Shown here: piece after piece, positions 38,994 to 52,628 of the stretch
Layout: the number at the start of each line of letters is the position of its first letter
Numbering within the stretch: position 1 is the first letter of the stretch
DNA from: Mytilus edulis
Lineage: Eukaryota
NCBI RefSeq assembly: GCF_963676685.1
Contig: NC_092355.1
Span: 48,360,001-48,424,000, forward strand
Length of the DNA stretch: 64,000 nt
Direction of reading: 5' to 3'
The notes under the pieces: model-generated
What the model saw: only the letters and a program-made list of their open reading frames with translations
What the model was told of the DNA's origin: nothing
The model's database searches: none
Made by a program: the position numbers and the translations under genes

Positions 38994-39556
38994 TCTTCAA
39001 ACTAAAAGAGAACAAGTATATATCATAATTTAAGTTACTACCATGATTACCCTTATGAAGGTACATTTCATGTTTATTTGTACATCCTGTACAATATAAG
39101 AAAGTTTTTTTACTATGACTTATAAGAGTGGGTTACATGTATGTGTGCAAGTACAGTAGCTTAATAATGCTTAAACAGACAGCAAAACTTAATTTAAAAT
39201 AGTTTGTTAGCTTTGATTTAAAGCCACCAAAATTAAACCACACAGCTAGCTTTTTTGATGTGAGAAGTTTCTGACTTGTAAGACTTAATGATAAATCATT
39301 AGAGCACATGATTGCAAAATGTTTCCATGATTGAATTATACAATTATACATTACACTGTGTATGCATAACAAAAATAAACATGCTAACAAAAGTTTTCAA
39401 GTTTTCAGGTTTGTCTCCCTTTAATACAATGGAATCTATCACAAGCACTTACAAAAAATGTATATATATATATATAATAATATTTTTAAATTTGCATTCT
39501 GTACACCGTGTTTATTTACTTTTGCTATATATATATATATATACAAAATTGACTTA

Positions 39557-39746
39557 GGGCTATTCCAGAAAAAAATGTATGGGGGGGTTGGAAGGCACAT
39601 TATATTAATAATACATGGGTGATGGGTATTAGAGCAAATTTTCACACTATAGCGCACTATAATTCTAAATTACAATTGTCTGGGTGGCGGGTGCTGACAA
39701 AAACTGCCTTCCAACCCCCCCCATACATTTTTTTCTGGAATAGCCC
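39557..39746. mobile_element. Fold-back MITE with about 40-bp TIRs
   Basis: gggctattccagaaaaaaatgtatggggggggttggaaggca ... tgccttccaacccccccatacattttttctggaatagccc. Confidence 0.85.
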
Positions 39747-42672
39747 TTACATGAAAATGAATAAGGTTTTCCATCATTTAAAAGTTTTAGAGAACAAATG
39801 TACATATGCAAACATATATATAGCTGTGGGTTGGTAAAGTGCCAGATAGAGAACTTCTCAATTCTTGATTAAGTTATTGTTTTAATTCATTCCAGTTGTG
39901 TTAATTGAATTGACACATATATTGCAACTTAAATATGAAGCATTTGATATATACTCATAATGGGCAGAAAATACCTATAAACTGTCAAAGTATTAAATTT
40001 TAAGTATAAGTACAAAAATGAAACACATGATGTGACAGCTTGGACAAACAAATGCTTATATATACAATGACAGCTTGGGGTACACAACATTGGTAGAGCT
40101 TGGACAGACAAATGCTTATTATTGACAGCTTGGGACAAAAAACAGGTGTGTACTCAGAAGATTTAGTTCTATGTCTGAGAGCCATAATAAAAAAAATATA
40201 CTTATAATTCCTTAAAAGGGAAGACAACACAAGTTTCAAAATGTCTAGTTTTTTTTTAATTAATGGGGGGACACATGATTAATATGATGATAAAAATAAA
40301 ATATTTTACATCTATCCTTCTGTCTAAGATAAGAAGATTACACATCCTTAAGAAACAAGAATAGTTTTACATTGTAAATTAGTTAAAGCTGATTTAAAAG
40401 AATATACAAGCATGACAGGTAAGATAAAGCAAAGTGTTTATCTGAACAATGTCAGATTCCATTTTTTACATTTTAAATAATGTAGCATGTGCACTACACA
40501 GTACTTAAATAATGTATTGAATGGTTAATTTGACCCATGTCTTCTTGGTTCTTTCCAAATTCTTAAATATCACCATTGCATGTTTAGATCATTATAATAG
40601 CATAATTAGGGGTATCTTTCTGACAATTATTGATGTAAATTCAAACCTAAACTAGTAATTTTTCACACAAAAGACCCTCATCATCTACCTTGAACAAGTC
40701 GATTATCACTTTTAACATATATATATTGTAACCTACATTTAATTTCATTTTTTAAACACATTCATAGAAAAAAGTGAATAGGGAAATGCACATGTAATTT
40801 ACATTATGTACAGTATGTGGTAAACCCTAAAAATTAAAAATAACATTTACTTTCATCAGCAAGTTTCTTACCTTATTTAAAAATATTACTATATATTATA
40901 GAATAAAAACTCAACAGAGGTCAGTACTTCCTCCTTTACCAATTTTTTTTTTATGGTCAATCTTCTCTTAGACATTTTAGAAAATAATAATCCCTGATGA
41001 TATCATAAATGAAGATTAAGTCTTGACAAAAATCTAAGTAATAAAATTCATAATCACAGACCTTATCAGTTGCTTATCAGGATATATCAGTTCACCTTGT
41101 AAAAAAATCCTTTGAAAATGTAATACAACTTTTTTCTTGATCAAAGGTCTTTTTCACATTTGATTACAAGATAGCAGATTTCTACAATTTTTTAACAACT
41201 ATATAGCTATTAAACTAAAGATTGACAATGAAATGTAGGACAATATGCAAATGACCTGAGGTGATTAAAGGTAATTATGACACTTGCATTCCTCAGGTAA
41301 TGCAGATCAAATATTTTGTCATTAACTAATGAACTTTCAAATAACTGATTGACACTGGTCAATTATATAATTACTTTCATATCTTTGAATTCATAACATG
41401 TGTATATGCTGTTTTCTCATTTTAACATTGGTATTTATGTTCTGTGTTTCATGCTTGCATACATTTATAAGTAAACTAAAAAATAAATCAAATATGACTA
41501 AATTGAATCATGGTACTACCTTAAAATGATTATTAACTAAAATCTAAATATTTACTTCAATAGGTTTAAAAAAGTTTATCATTTCTTGTTTTAATTTATA
41601 ATTTTATTATCAGTTTTTGAAATATTAATATATGGAAGACTAATTCATTGATAAACTAAAGTCAATTTATAAACAGTTTATCAAAACTTCACAATGCCTA
41701 GGCCTGGCCTGGTAAAATATATTGCCTCAATACATCATTAACTATGATTAAGATTAAGAAAAGATAATGCAATTTTAATATGGATTCTTTTGCATCGTTT
41801 AATCTTCCATTTGTTATCATGCAAAAAATTGCATGTTCTAACCCTGTACTCAGATATTATTTGAAATGACTTCATACAAGTATGTCATAGATAACAAATA
41901 TATAGTGAAAATACATGTTGGTATCCAAATGGGTTTATTTCAGGGAACAGAAAGTTATGAGGAAGACCTTTAACCAATTTTGAAATTAGACAGGGAGAAT
42001 ATTTATTTTTACCATGTTTACTCTGCATTGTTTGTGCAAATTTTTAAAGCCAGTTATTTTCAGTTCTTACCACCCACTACATTTAAAAGGGGGGTTCCTA
42101 GCCCAGGACAAAACGGGGGGGGGGGGGGGGGGTTCCAACTACATGTTCCCATAAACTAAATGGGTATTTTTAATTATATATAAGAGGTATTGGATATTTT
42201 TAATGCATTTTTTAACCAGTTGAACATTTTACAGGATTGTTGGTTTAATACTGTTTAAACTTTTCTGAAAAAAACCTTTATCTGCTAATTATTTTGCCTA
42301 AAAGTTTGAATTTTTGAAAGGGACTCATACATTTAGTTTTTCATTTTATTGCTTCTAATTGTCTCATTGTTAAAAAAAACAGCTTGGGTAAGGGCTTCAT
42401 TGTTTCTTATGAAGTTTTTGAAGTAACTATCTGTATGTGATTAATTAATTGAAAAGAAAAATTATAAAAAAACGTCAGTCATAGAATGTTGGGAAAGCAG
42501 AGGCGGATTTAGGGGGGCCTGGGCCCCCTTAATGGGAAAAAAATTGGTTGCTTATATAGGGAATCATTGAAGCGTGACTGGAGCGGGCCCCCACTTATGA
42601 AAAATTCTGGATCCGCCACTGGAAAACTTTTGTATTCTAACTGCTTGATACGTTTTAATGCATGCTAAAATC

Positions 42673-42777
42673 TAGCTGCGGAACCGTAGCTCTTAGGTCC
42701 TTATGTTATTTTTTGACTATTTGCGGACCATAGTAAAAAAATAACATAAGGACCTAAGAGCTACGGTTCCGCAGCTA
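42673..42777. mobile_element. 105-bp near-perfect palindromic miniature element, 9-bp TSD
   Basis: tagctgcggaaccgtagctcttaggtccttatgttatttttt ... aaaaaataacataaggacctaagagctacggttccgcagcta; gctaaaatc on both flanks. Confidence 0.85.
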
Positions 42778-43269
42778 GCTAAAATCCAACCCCCAAAATA
42801 GATCATGAATTTATATTTTTAGTAATATTTATATTTATTATATCAAATATTATTGGATGCAGAATTGACTTTAAATAGGTGCCCATTTGACTTTTTCTAT
42901 ATGAGGGGGGATAGGAGGGGTCATGGTCCCCAAATCCAGGGCTTAAAAACACGAAATCCCGAGGTCCAAATTTGAAGAATAAAAATCCCAGATCCCGAAA
43001 TTCGAAATAAAGAATTCCCGGATCCCGCAATCCCGAGCTTAAAAACACCCGATCCCAGAGTCCCGATAAAGGTCCTATCCCCCCCTGGATGCAGATTTGA
43101 CTTGTATCCGTTAAACCTAGGGTATAGTCTCAGGTTACACTTAAGAACTCACTATACAGTTTATAGAGGTGTATAAACAAAATCTGCAGATGTTATGATA
43201 TAAATCAATGATTTACAGGTATCCCTTCCTGACTTTGCCAAATATTCTTTCAAATCATACAAGATGTGA

Positions 43270-43880
43270 CTTACTCACAGTCTCACGTTTATTCAAAATT
43301 TTTAAAGAATCTTAAACAATATTAAAAGGATTAAGGCATAAATTAAACTCGTTGATTCATATCTCATATCAAAACACCATTCTTTCTGTAAAAATTATGC
43401 AATTTTAATTTTGTAAACAAGTGGGCTTGGTAGTGTCAAAGCGGGAAGGTTGGGACTTTGGGACACGCAATCAGTGCAACCAAAAATGACTTACCATTCA
43501 AAATTGATATAAGAATCGTCGAAATCAATACGCTAGGTAGTGAAATGAGTGTGTAAAAATATAGATTCAACAGTTAAAATGTTAAAATATATGCACAAAT
43601 GTCTGTTTTCAAATATTTTTCTTCAGATAAAAATTGATACTTTCAAAATATTCGCCAAGTAAATTTGACCAATCAAATCGTTCTTCTTTCGAGTCACTCC
43701 GAATAAAGAATTGTCATAAGGATAAGTCTCGAGAAAACCGAAAACTATATACTCTCGCGAGATATTATTTGTTTACAATTTTAGAACTTCCTGTTTCGGA
43801 GAAGCAAAAACGAAACAACGTGCAAGTTGACAAATTTGCATTATTTCTCCTAATTATTTAAGGAAGACAACAAGTAAAGA
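43270..43880. promoter_or_regulatory. Probable bidirectional promoter and non-coding first exons of FBXO5/43 (-) and POLR2K (+)
   Basis: Minus-strand donor GTGAGTAAGT near 43270-43279; E2F-like GCGGGAA 43441-43447; CCAAT near 43669; TCTCGCGAGA 43753-43762; ETS-like ACTTCCTG near 43786; plus-strand donor GTAAAG near 43873. Both first coding exons begin with splice acceptors (39003 and 50436). TSSs are inferred. Confidence 0.55.
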
Positions 43881-45349
43881 CACAAACTGCAGTATGTTTC
43901 AAATTCATTGATTTATCTTACAATGTAGGGAAATATTTGAAGGAAATGTCATCTGATATACAAAATTTGGAAAAATATACAAAATCCAGAAAAACACCAT
44001 ACAAGATCATACAATGATTAATAATAAAAAGTCAAATCTTGAAACATAAGCATTTAAAGATAACATTTTTTGTAATATAAATGATTTATTTACAATGAAG
44101 CATACAGACGCATTTATACCAAAAAAGCACAAACAAATCAAATATATATATATATATATTGCATGGGAGATAACTCCAGTTTATAGGCAGTAGGTCTTTT
44201 CATCATTCCAGTGATCAGGTAGGGCGTGCACCAAGTGCCAATTGCGCTTTTGGACCAGAAACGGCGCAAAGAGTGACATTTGTAAGCGCCCACTTGGTGC
44301 ACAATATTTTCCTCTCTATTTTATGTTTAAATATGGTAAAATGGATTTCTGATTGTGGTTTCGTGTCAGTACTGTCACCTTGTTAATATACAAAACTGTG
44401 TAGAATTCCCGCCAATGATTGGCGCATCACCTGTCTGTGCGTACCCATGCAGGTAGGAATAGTCAACACGCTAGGCAAATACCCAAAAGCCTTTGTTCGA
44501 ATGTAATATTTGTTTACATGAAAGGCACTCAGTCAGGATTCTACTTCATCAAAATTATCTCCCCATTACGCCAGTTCATTTTCACAATCATAGAAATGGA
44601 AGCCATTGTAGGGATGGCACGCTACTAATTTTGCTCTTGGAAACCGATAAATATATCCGCATTGCACCATTACGATCCTTATATATGTCAGTTGTATTTA
44701 AAAAGACAAATGTATCAATTAGCTAATGAGCATCAGTTACATTGTAATAATCTTGTCTGCATTGATTTAACTTAAAATTATTGTCTGATCAGTTGCCAAG
44801 TGGAATTTTTGAAAATTCATAAACATTTAAAAAAATTCTAATTAAATTTTTCATGGAAGGGCAGACTAGATTTTTTTAGTGGTTGAAGACTATAAACCCT
44901 AGTTATCACACACACAAAATTCTAATTTTTGAAGATATGCATTTTCATCATCCAATTTGAAAGACTGTCGTCAAGTACTTTCAGTAAAAACATAGCTTTT
45001 CGAACACACCTACTCTGTTTTTGTGATTCATTAGATAGGTATTTCACTTGACCCATATATTTCATCTTATAGTACTGTGATTGTTTTATTTTATAAAGTC
45101 AACCTTTAGCTTTGGTTTATAAAAATGATAAAAGTTGAAGCGAGACAATGTATGAAATATTCTTGCTTTGTACGATATCAAAACAAAATATTCAACTCAA
45201 ACACGCCCTAATATAGAAAGGTGCACTCGATTTTCTTTTTTCTATACAATTGTTACCCATTTGTTGGAATTTTTTCATGAGTTACATAATAGAAGGGCTG
45301 ACACGAAAATTACTGAACAAATAGATTGAAATGTTTTCCATCCATGGTA

Positions 45350-48300
45350 ATTTTTAGCTCACCTGGCCGAAAGGCCAAGTGAGCTTTTCTCATCACTTGG
45401 CGTCCGTCGTCGTCGTCCGGCGTCGTTCGTCGTCGTCCTGCCTTAACTTTTACAAAAATCTTCTCCTCTGAAACTACTGGGCCAAATTTAACCAAACTTG
45501 GCCACAATCATCATGGGGGTATCAAGTTTAAAAAATGTGTCCGGTGACCCCGCCAACCAACCAAGATGGCCACCATGGCTAAAAATAAAACATAGGGGTA
45601 AAATGCAGTTTTTGGCTTATAACTCAAAAACCAAAGCATTTAGAGGAAATCTGACATGGGGTAAAATTGTATATCAGGTCAAGATCTATCTGCCCTGAGA
45701 TTTTCAGATGAATCAGACAACCCGTTGTTGGGTTGCTGTCCCTAAATTGGTAATTTTAAGGAAATTTTACTGTTTTTGGTTATTATCTTGAATATTATTA
45801 TAGATAGAGATAAACTGTAAACAGCAATAATGTTCAGCAAAGTAAGATTTACTTATAAGTCAACATGATCGAAATGGTCAGTTGACCCCTTTAGGAGTTA
45901 TTGCCCTTTATAGTCCATTTTTAACCATTATACGTAAATCTTAGTAATCTTTTACAAAAATCTTCTCCTCTGAAACTACTGGGCCAAATTAAACCAAACT
46001 TGGCCACAATTATCATTTGGGTATCTAGTTTGAAAAATGTGTCTGCTGACCCCGCCAACCAACCAAGATGGCCGCCACAGCTAAAAATAGAACATGGGGG
46101 TAAAATGCAGTTTTTGGCTTATAACTCAAAAACCAAAGCATTTAGAGCAAACCTGACATGGGGTAAAATTGTATATTAGGTCAAGATCTATCTGCCCTAT
46201 AATTTTCAGATGAATCGAACAACCCATTGTTTGGTTGCTGCCCCTGAATTGGTAATTTTAAGGAAATTTTACTGTTTTTATACGATTCAAATTTTTCGTC
46301 GTATATAATTTATTGCTATCACGTTGGCGTTGGCGTCGTCGTCGTCGTCGTCCGAATACTTTTAGTTTTCGCACTCTAACTTTAGTAAAAGGGAATGGAA
46401 ATCTATGAAATTTTAACACAAGGTTTATGACCACAAAAGGAAGGTTGGTATTGATTTTGGGAGTTTTGGTCCCAACATTTTAGGAATAAGGGGCCAAAAA
46501 GGGCCCAAATAAGCATTTTCTTGGTTTTCGCACTATAACTTTAGTTTAGATTAATAGAAATCTATGAAATTTTGATTCAAGGTTTATGACCACAAAAGAA
46601 CGGTTGGGATTGATTTTGGGAGTTTTGGTTTCAACAGTTTAGGAATTAGGGGCCAAAAAAGGGCCCAAATAAGCATTATTCTTGGTTTTCGCACAATAAC
46701 TTTAGTTGAGGTAAATAGAAATCAATTAAATTTAAACACAATGTTAATGACTACAAAAGAAAGGTTGGTATTGATTTTGGGAGTTTAGGTCCCAACAGTT
46801 TAGGAATTAGGGGCCAAAAAGGGACCCAAATAAGCATTTTTCTTGGTTTTCGCACCATAACGTTAGTATAAGTAAATAGAAATCTATGAAATTTAAACAC
46901 AAGGTTTATGACCATAAAAGGAAGGTTGGTATTGATTTTGGGAGTTTTGGTCCCAACAGAATAAGGGGCCCAAAGGGTCCAAAATTAAACTTTGTTTGAT
47001 TTCATCAAAATTGAATAATTGGGGTTCTTTGATATGCCGAATCTAACTGTCATGACTGTGTATGTAGATTCTTAACTTTTGGTCCCGTTTTCAAATTGGT
47101 CTACATTAAGGTCCAAAGGGTCCAAAATTAAACTTAGTTTGATTTTGACAAAAAATGAATCAGTTAGGTTCTTTGATATGCTGAATCTAAAAATGTACTT
47201 AGATTCTTGATTATTGGCCCAGTTTTCAAGTTGGTCCAAATCGGGGTCCAAAATTAAACTTTGTTTGATTTCATCAAAAATTGAATAAATGGGGTTCTTT
47301 GATATACCAAATCTAACTGTGTATGTAGATTCTTCATTTTTGGTCCTGTTTTCAAATTGGTCTACACTTAAGTCCAAAGGGTCCAAAATTAAACTTAGTC
47401 TGATTTTAACAAAAATTGAAATCTTGGGGTTCTTTGATATGCTGAATCCAAAAATGTACTTAGATTTTTTATTATGGACCCAGTTTTCAAGTTGGTCCAA
47501 ATCAGGATCTAAAATTATTATATTAAGTTTTGTGCAATAGCAAGTCTTTTCAATTGCACAGTATTGCGCAATGGCAAGAAATATCTAATTGCACAATATT
47601 GTGAAATAGCAAATTTTTTTTTAATTAGAGTTATCTTTCTTTGTCCAGAATAGTAAGCAAGAAATATCTAATTGCAAAATATTGTGCAATAGCAAGATTT
47701 TTTTTTAATTGGAGTTATCTTTCTTTGTCCAGAATCAACTTAAATCTTTGTTATATACAATATACAATGTATATTCACTTTTTACTACCAACTGATAAAT
47801 TAAAATAATCTTTACCATTCAGTGATAACAAGCAGTTTTTTTACATCTTAATATTTTATGATGTATTTAAATGAGTAGTTATTGTTGCAAACTCCATTAG
47901 AAATTTTAATTGAGATTAGTTTTGGAATAAGGGAAAGGGGGATGTGATTAAAAAAATTGGGTTCAATTTTTCTCATTTGAAATTTCATAAATAAAAAAGA
48001 AAATTTCTACAAACATTTTTTTGTGAGGATTAATATTCAACAGCATAGTAAATTGCTCTAAGAGAAAACAAAAAATTTAAGTTCATTAGAACACATTCAT
48101 TCTGTGTCAGAAACCTATGCTGTGTCAACTATTTAATCACAATCCAAATTTAGAGCTGAATCCAGCTTGAATGTTGTGTCCATACTTGCCCCAACCGTTC
48201 AGGGTTCAACCTCTGCGGTCGTATAAAGCTACGCCCTGCGGAGCATCTGGTTGGTTATTATCTTGAATATTATTATAGATAGAGATAAACTGTAAACAGC

Positions 48301-49133
48301 AATAATGTGCAGCAAAGTAAGATTTACAAATAAGTCAGCATGACCGAAATGGTCAGTTTACCCCTTTAGGAGTTATTGCCCTTTATAGTCAATTTTTAAC
48401 CATTTTTGGTAAATCTTAGTAATTTTTTACAAAAATCTTCTTCTCTGAAACTACTGTGCCAAATTAATCCACACTCGGCAACAATCATCTTTGGTGTATT
48501 TTGTTTAAAAAATGTGTCATGTGACCCGGCCATCCAACCAAGATGGCCGCCATGGCAAAAAAAGAACATAGGGGTCAAATGCAGTTTTTGGCTTATAATT
48601 CAAAAACCAAAGCATTTAAAGCAAATCTGATGGGGTGAAATTGTTTATTAGGTCAAGATCTATCTGCCCTGAAATTTTCAGATTAATCGGACAACCCATT
48701 GCTGGGTTGCTGCCCCTGACCTGAATTGGTAATTTTAAGGATATTTTGCTGTTTTTGGTTATTATCTTGAATATTATTATAGATAGAGATAAACTGTAAA
48801 CAGCAATAATTTACAGCAAAGTAAGACCTTAAAATAAGTCAACATGACCCAAATGGTCAACTGACCCCCTAAGGAGTTATTGTCCTTTATAGTCAATTTT
48901 TAATAATTTTCATAAAATTTGTAAACTTTTACTAACATTTTCCACTGAAACTACTGGGCCAAGTTTATTATAGATAGAGATAATTGTAAGCAGCAAGACT
49001 TTTCAGTAAAGTAAGATGTACAAACACATCCCCATCACCAAAACACAATTTTGTCATGAATCCATCTGCTTCCTTTGTTTAATATTCACATATACCAAGG
49101 TGAGCGACACAGGCTCTTTAGAGCCTCTAGTTT
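45350..49133 (+). mobile_element. Helentron/HINE-like element with about 510-bp internal tandem repeats, interrupted by a second such element
   Basis: 5' ttttagctcacctggccgaaaggcca; 3' aggtgagc plus hairpin aggctct-tt-agagcct then T run; repeated aaaatcttctcctctgaaactactgggccaaat units. Confidence 0.75.
46275..48252 (+). mobile_element. Nested Helentron/HINE-like element with two internal tandem arrays
   Basis: tttatacga ... tcgtataaa subterminal inverted repeat, (gtc)n tract, repeated ggggccaaaaagggcccaaataagcatt and ggtccaaaattaaact units; host resumes at ggttattatcttg. Confidence 0.75.
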
Positions 49134-50093
49134 TTAGAATCGGAGGTTATGCATTTTCTACATCCAACTTGAAAGATACCCATGTCGTCGACTTGATATC
49201 TAATTGTTCTGCTTAACTATGTACTAGATAAATTGACAACTTATGCAAATGGTGTTTTTAAAATAAAACACTTCTTAATTGAGAAGAAAATTGTAATTTT
49301 GTTTGTTTCTATTAACTTTTAAAATTTTTGTCACTATAGTAAACATTACCGTAAGCATTTATCGCCTTCTCTAACAAAGAGCTTCGATTCTTTTGTTCTA
49401 TGTCAACCGGGTTTCCGACTGCACTTAAGTGTCCTTGGCAATTTTTGGGTGTTTGACACGTTTGAATATTTTGAAACATGCCTTTGGCGAATTGTTGCTG
49501 TGTCAATTAATGTCACTCTCTACTGTCATGACTGTTATTCTTTTTAATGTACAGAAGTAATATTAAAACAAGAAGTGCAGAGGAAATGCCTGAAAAGTCC
49601 TCTAATAGGGAACGTCTGGAATATAGTATGTCAATCGAAGAAGACCCAAATTTTATTAAAAAAAACATGAATATGAACACCGCAACAGTACCAGTTTTAA
49701 CATTGTAAATAAAGGTTATCATAAATGTTGGCCTGTTTGGATGTTTGGACAAAGTTATTCATTGGAATTGAAATTATAAAAGCACAGGAACAATATCCAT
49801 AATATCAATTAGAATCATACCAGTAACCACTACCTCTTATTGTAAACAAACGACCCACTCATTTGACAATATGGCCATTTAATTAAAAAAAAATGGCCCA
49901 TTGAATTAATTTTTATATTTTTAGGGGGCCTTGTGCCCATAGAGAAAAAATCCTTGAAGATCACTGCATTCATGATCACACATAAATTGATTAATGAATT
50001 TCTGTTGTTTAAACGCCAAAAAAAAACGAGAAAACCATGGACCTTCGAAAGTAAAACTGACAATCCTAGTCAATTAAGATTTGAGTTGAATGC

Positions 50094-50150
50094 ACCCACA
50101 CGAGCCGAGTTCAATCTCACAACCTAAGACCACTTGGCCACCGAGGCCCC
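50094..50150 (-). mobile_element. Degenerate tRNA-derived SINE head
   Basis: ggggcctcggtggccaagtggtcttagg with an A-box-like TGGCCAAGTGG and a degenerate B box; no full cloverleaf. Confidence 0.4.
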
Positions 50151-50442
50151 TCATACATAAATAGTAATACCACCAAACGCATTAACATGCATACATGTTC
50201 TGATCTTTTTGATCTTTGTTTTGATCTTTGTTATATATATTTCCCTTCTCATCCATGTGATCAAAGACAAGAACAATAGATACAGAACTTCTCATTTGTC
50301 AATGAGACATACATGAGTTCCATCTCAACAATGTTGATAACAAGACAGAATTGAAGGAAATGCATTGTCAAGTTTTGCTCTTGTGAAAATTGGAATGGCT
50401 TATTATCTCAATAAATGATTTTTTGTTTATTTTCAGGTAATC

Positions 50443-52628
50443 ATGGAGCAAGCAAAAGAAGGATCAGCTCCTGCCAAACAGCAGACAATGATTTATATAT
50501 GTGGGGGTAAGAAAAAATTACAGAAAACAATTATATATATATTAAAGTTTTTAATCTGGGAGGACTAAATATTTAACTGAATGCCAGTTATGTTCTGAAT
50601 AAAAAATATTTTGCTTATCAATTGTAATTAAAACAAAAACAATAATTAACAGAAAAGTATGGTTAAATCATCTATTTTTTTTCTAAAGATTTTCTGGAGT
50701 TTATCTTCCTTTCTATGTTTACGTATGGTTGTTGATATGTCCTCTCACTGGGGGGCCCTTGATTGGAATATTAAAAAAAATGAACTTTATACATATATTT
50801 GATTTATACAAAATGCTAACTTTAAATTTACAGAGTGTCACCAAGAAAATGAGATAAAAGCAAGAGATCCTATCAGATGTCGTGAGTGTGGTTACAGAAT
50901 TATGTACAAGAAAAGAACAAAAAGAAGTATCCTTTGATGTATAATCATTAATATGAACACAATTACTCAAAAATAATTACTCAAGAACACAGTTACTTAA
51001 AATGATCAATGGTATGCATTAATACACTTAACTTAAAAAATTATTATGATCACACAAAACTTGCATTGATTACTCATGAACACAGTAAATCTGAATGATT
51101 CGTGGGATTCATGAAAACACAGAAACTTAAAATGATTACTCATGAAAAAACTAACTAAAAATGATTACTCATTAAAACACAGTAACTTAAAATGAGTACT
51201 CATGAAAACACAGTAACTTAAAATAATTACTCATTAAAACACAGAAACTTAAAATGATTACTCATAAAAAAAACAGTAACTTAAAATGATAATCATGAAA
51301 GCACAGTTACTTGAAATGATAACTCATGAAAACACAGTAACTTAAAGTGATTACTCATGAAAACACAGTAACTTGAAATAATAATCATGAAAGCACAGAA
51401 ACTTAAAACGATTGTCATGAAAACACAGTATCTTAAAATGATTACTCATGAAAACACAGTAACTTAAAATGATTACTCATGAAAACACAGTAACTGAATT
51501 TTAAAATGTATTCGATAAAAATAAATGGATGACATGGGGTACTTGCAACAAAGTAATGAAACATTGACCCTTATTTTGCGAAATCCACTTTGCGAAATGA
51601 TCTTTTCCAGCAAAGAAATGAAACACTTCAGTAAGTAAAGAATAGAGTTATGACATAAAGCACATTTCAAATAATATCTAATATGTTCATAACATCAACA
51701 AAACTAAAGTTTACAATTATAATGTGAAGTAATAGAGTTCATTTATAGAATAAGGGTAATATTCTGATGATGAAGTATTTTGTTACTTTTGTACCAAAAC
51801 TTTTTGTGATTGATTGATGTGGGCTAAATTCTTCAATAAAGGGGAGATAACTTTGTTCCTTAAAATCAGCAATCTGTGGTTTTGACTTTAGAATTTTCCT
51901 TTTTATTTTTGCTTTCATTTAGAGGATTTTTCTTTCTAGTTTTATGCTTGAAAATTCATACATTTTTTTTTAATATGGTCAGAGCAACTTATGGTTGAAT
52001 TTTGATTTCTTTGCCGTACATTATATGATTATTTTTTACACAACATGTAAAAGAGTGTTTATGCCTAATTTCACTAAAAAATAACATGAATTGCAAATCA
52101 CTACAAAAATTATGTAGAAATACAACTTACCAGAAATAAAAAAAATCTTATAAAGATTGATGAAAAAATAAATAACCCACTGTGCATCAATGACAAGCAA
52201 TGAATATTTCATTATTAAAATTTTTTGTATTTTAAAGTTTTCAAAATTCAAATTTAAATATGAAAATAAGCTAAAGTTCATGGATAACCATGAATGTATA
52301 CTGGGGCAGCCCCTCTTCCTACAGTGGTAAGTCTAGAAGTTAAACTTTTATCATATATATCTGCATTGTCCTTTCTATAGAGGTAGATGGGGAATGCACC
52401 TCAGATAAAATTAGTGTTTCTTTAGAGATTCCATACTAGTTTATAGATGTATAATTATATGGAATGTTTTATTTACATGATTTATAGGATGATTGAGTTA
52501 AAAGTGAAATATACTAAAATGCTCTTACACCAGATTCTAACTGATGTGGAGAAGTTTCATGTTAAGATGTGAAGAGTTGTTTTAATATCCTTAACTTATT
52601 GACAGTGATAGTGTTTGATGCCAGGTGA
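50443..52628 (+). CDS. POLR2K: RNA polymerases I/II/III subunit RPABC4 (RPB12), 59 aa; coding exons 50443-50506, 50834-50926, 52606-52628
   Basis: [59 protein letters not shown]; zinc ribbon and FDAR end; AATAAA near 52791. Confidence 0.97.
50927..52605 (+). other. U12-type (minor spliceosome) GT-AG intron of POLR2K
   Basis: 5' splice site GTATCCTTT; branch point TCCTTAAC at 52588-52595, 10 nt before the intron end; no polypyrimidine tract. Confidence 0.95.
50975..51495. repeat. About 31-32-bp minisatellite (aaaacacagtaacttaaaatgattactcatg) inside the U12 intron
   Basis: More than 12 degenerate tandem units. Confidence 0.9.

Noticed and set aside
47072-47540. 142-aa and 83-aa repetitive ORFs
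   Set aside because: Translations of tandem repeats inside a non-autonomous element.
50094-50150. tRNA gene
   Set aside because: Only an A-box-like segment; no complete cloverleaf, so treated as a SINE remnant.
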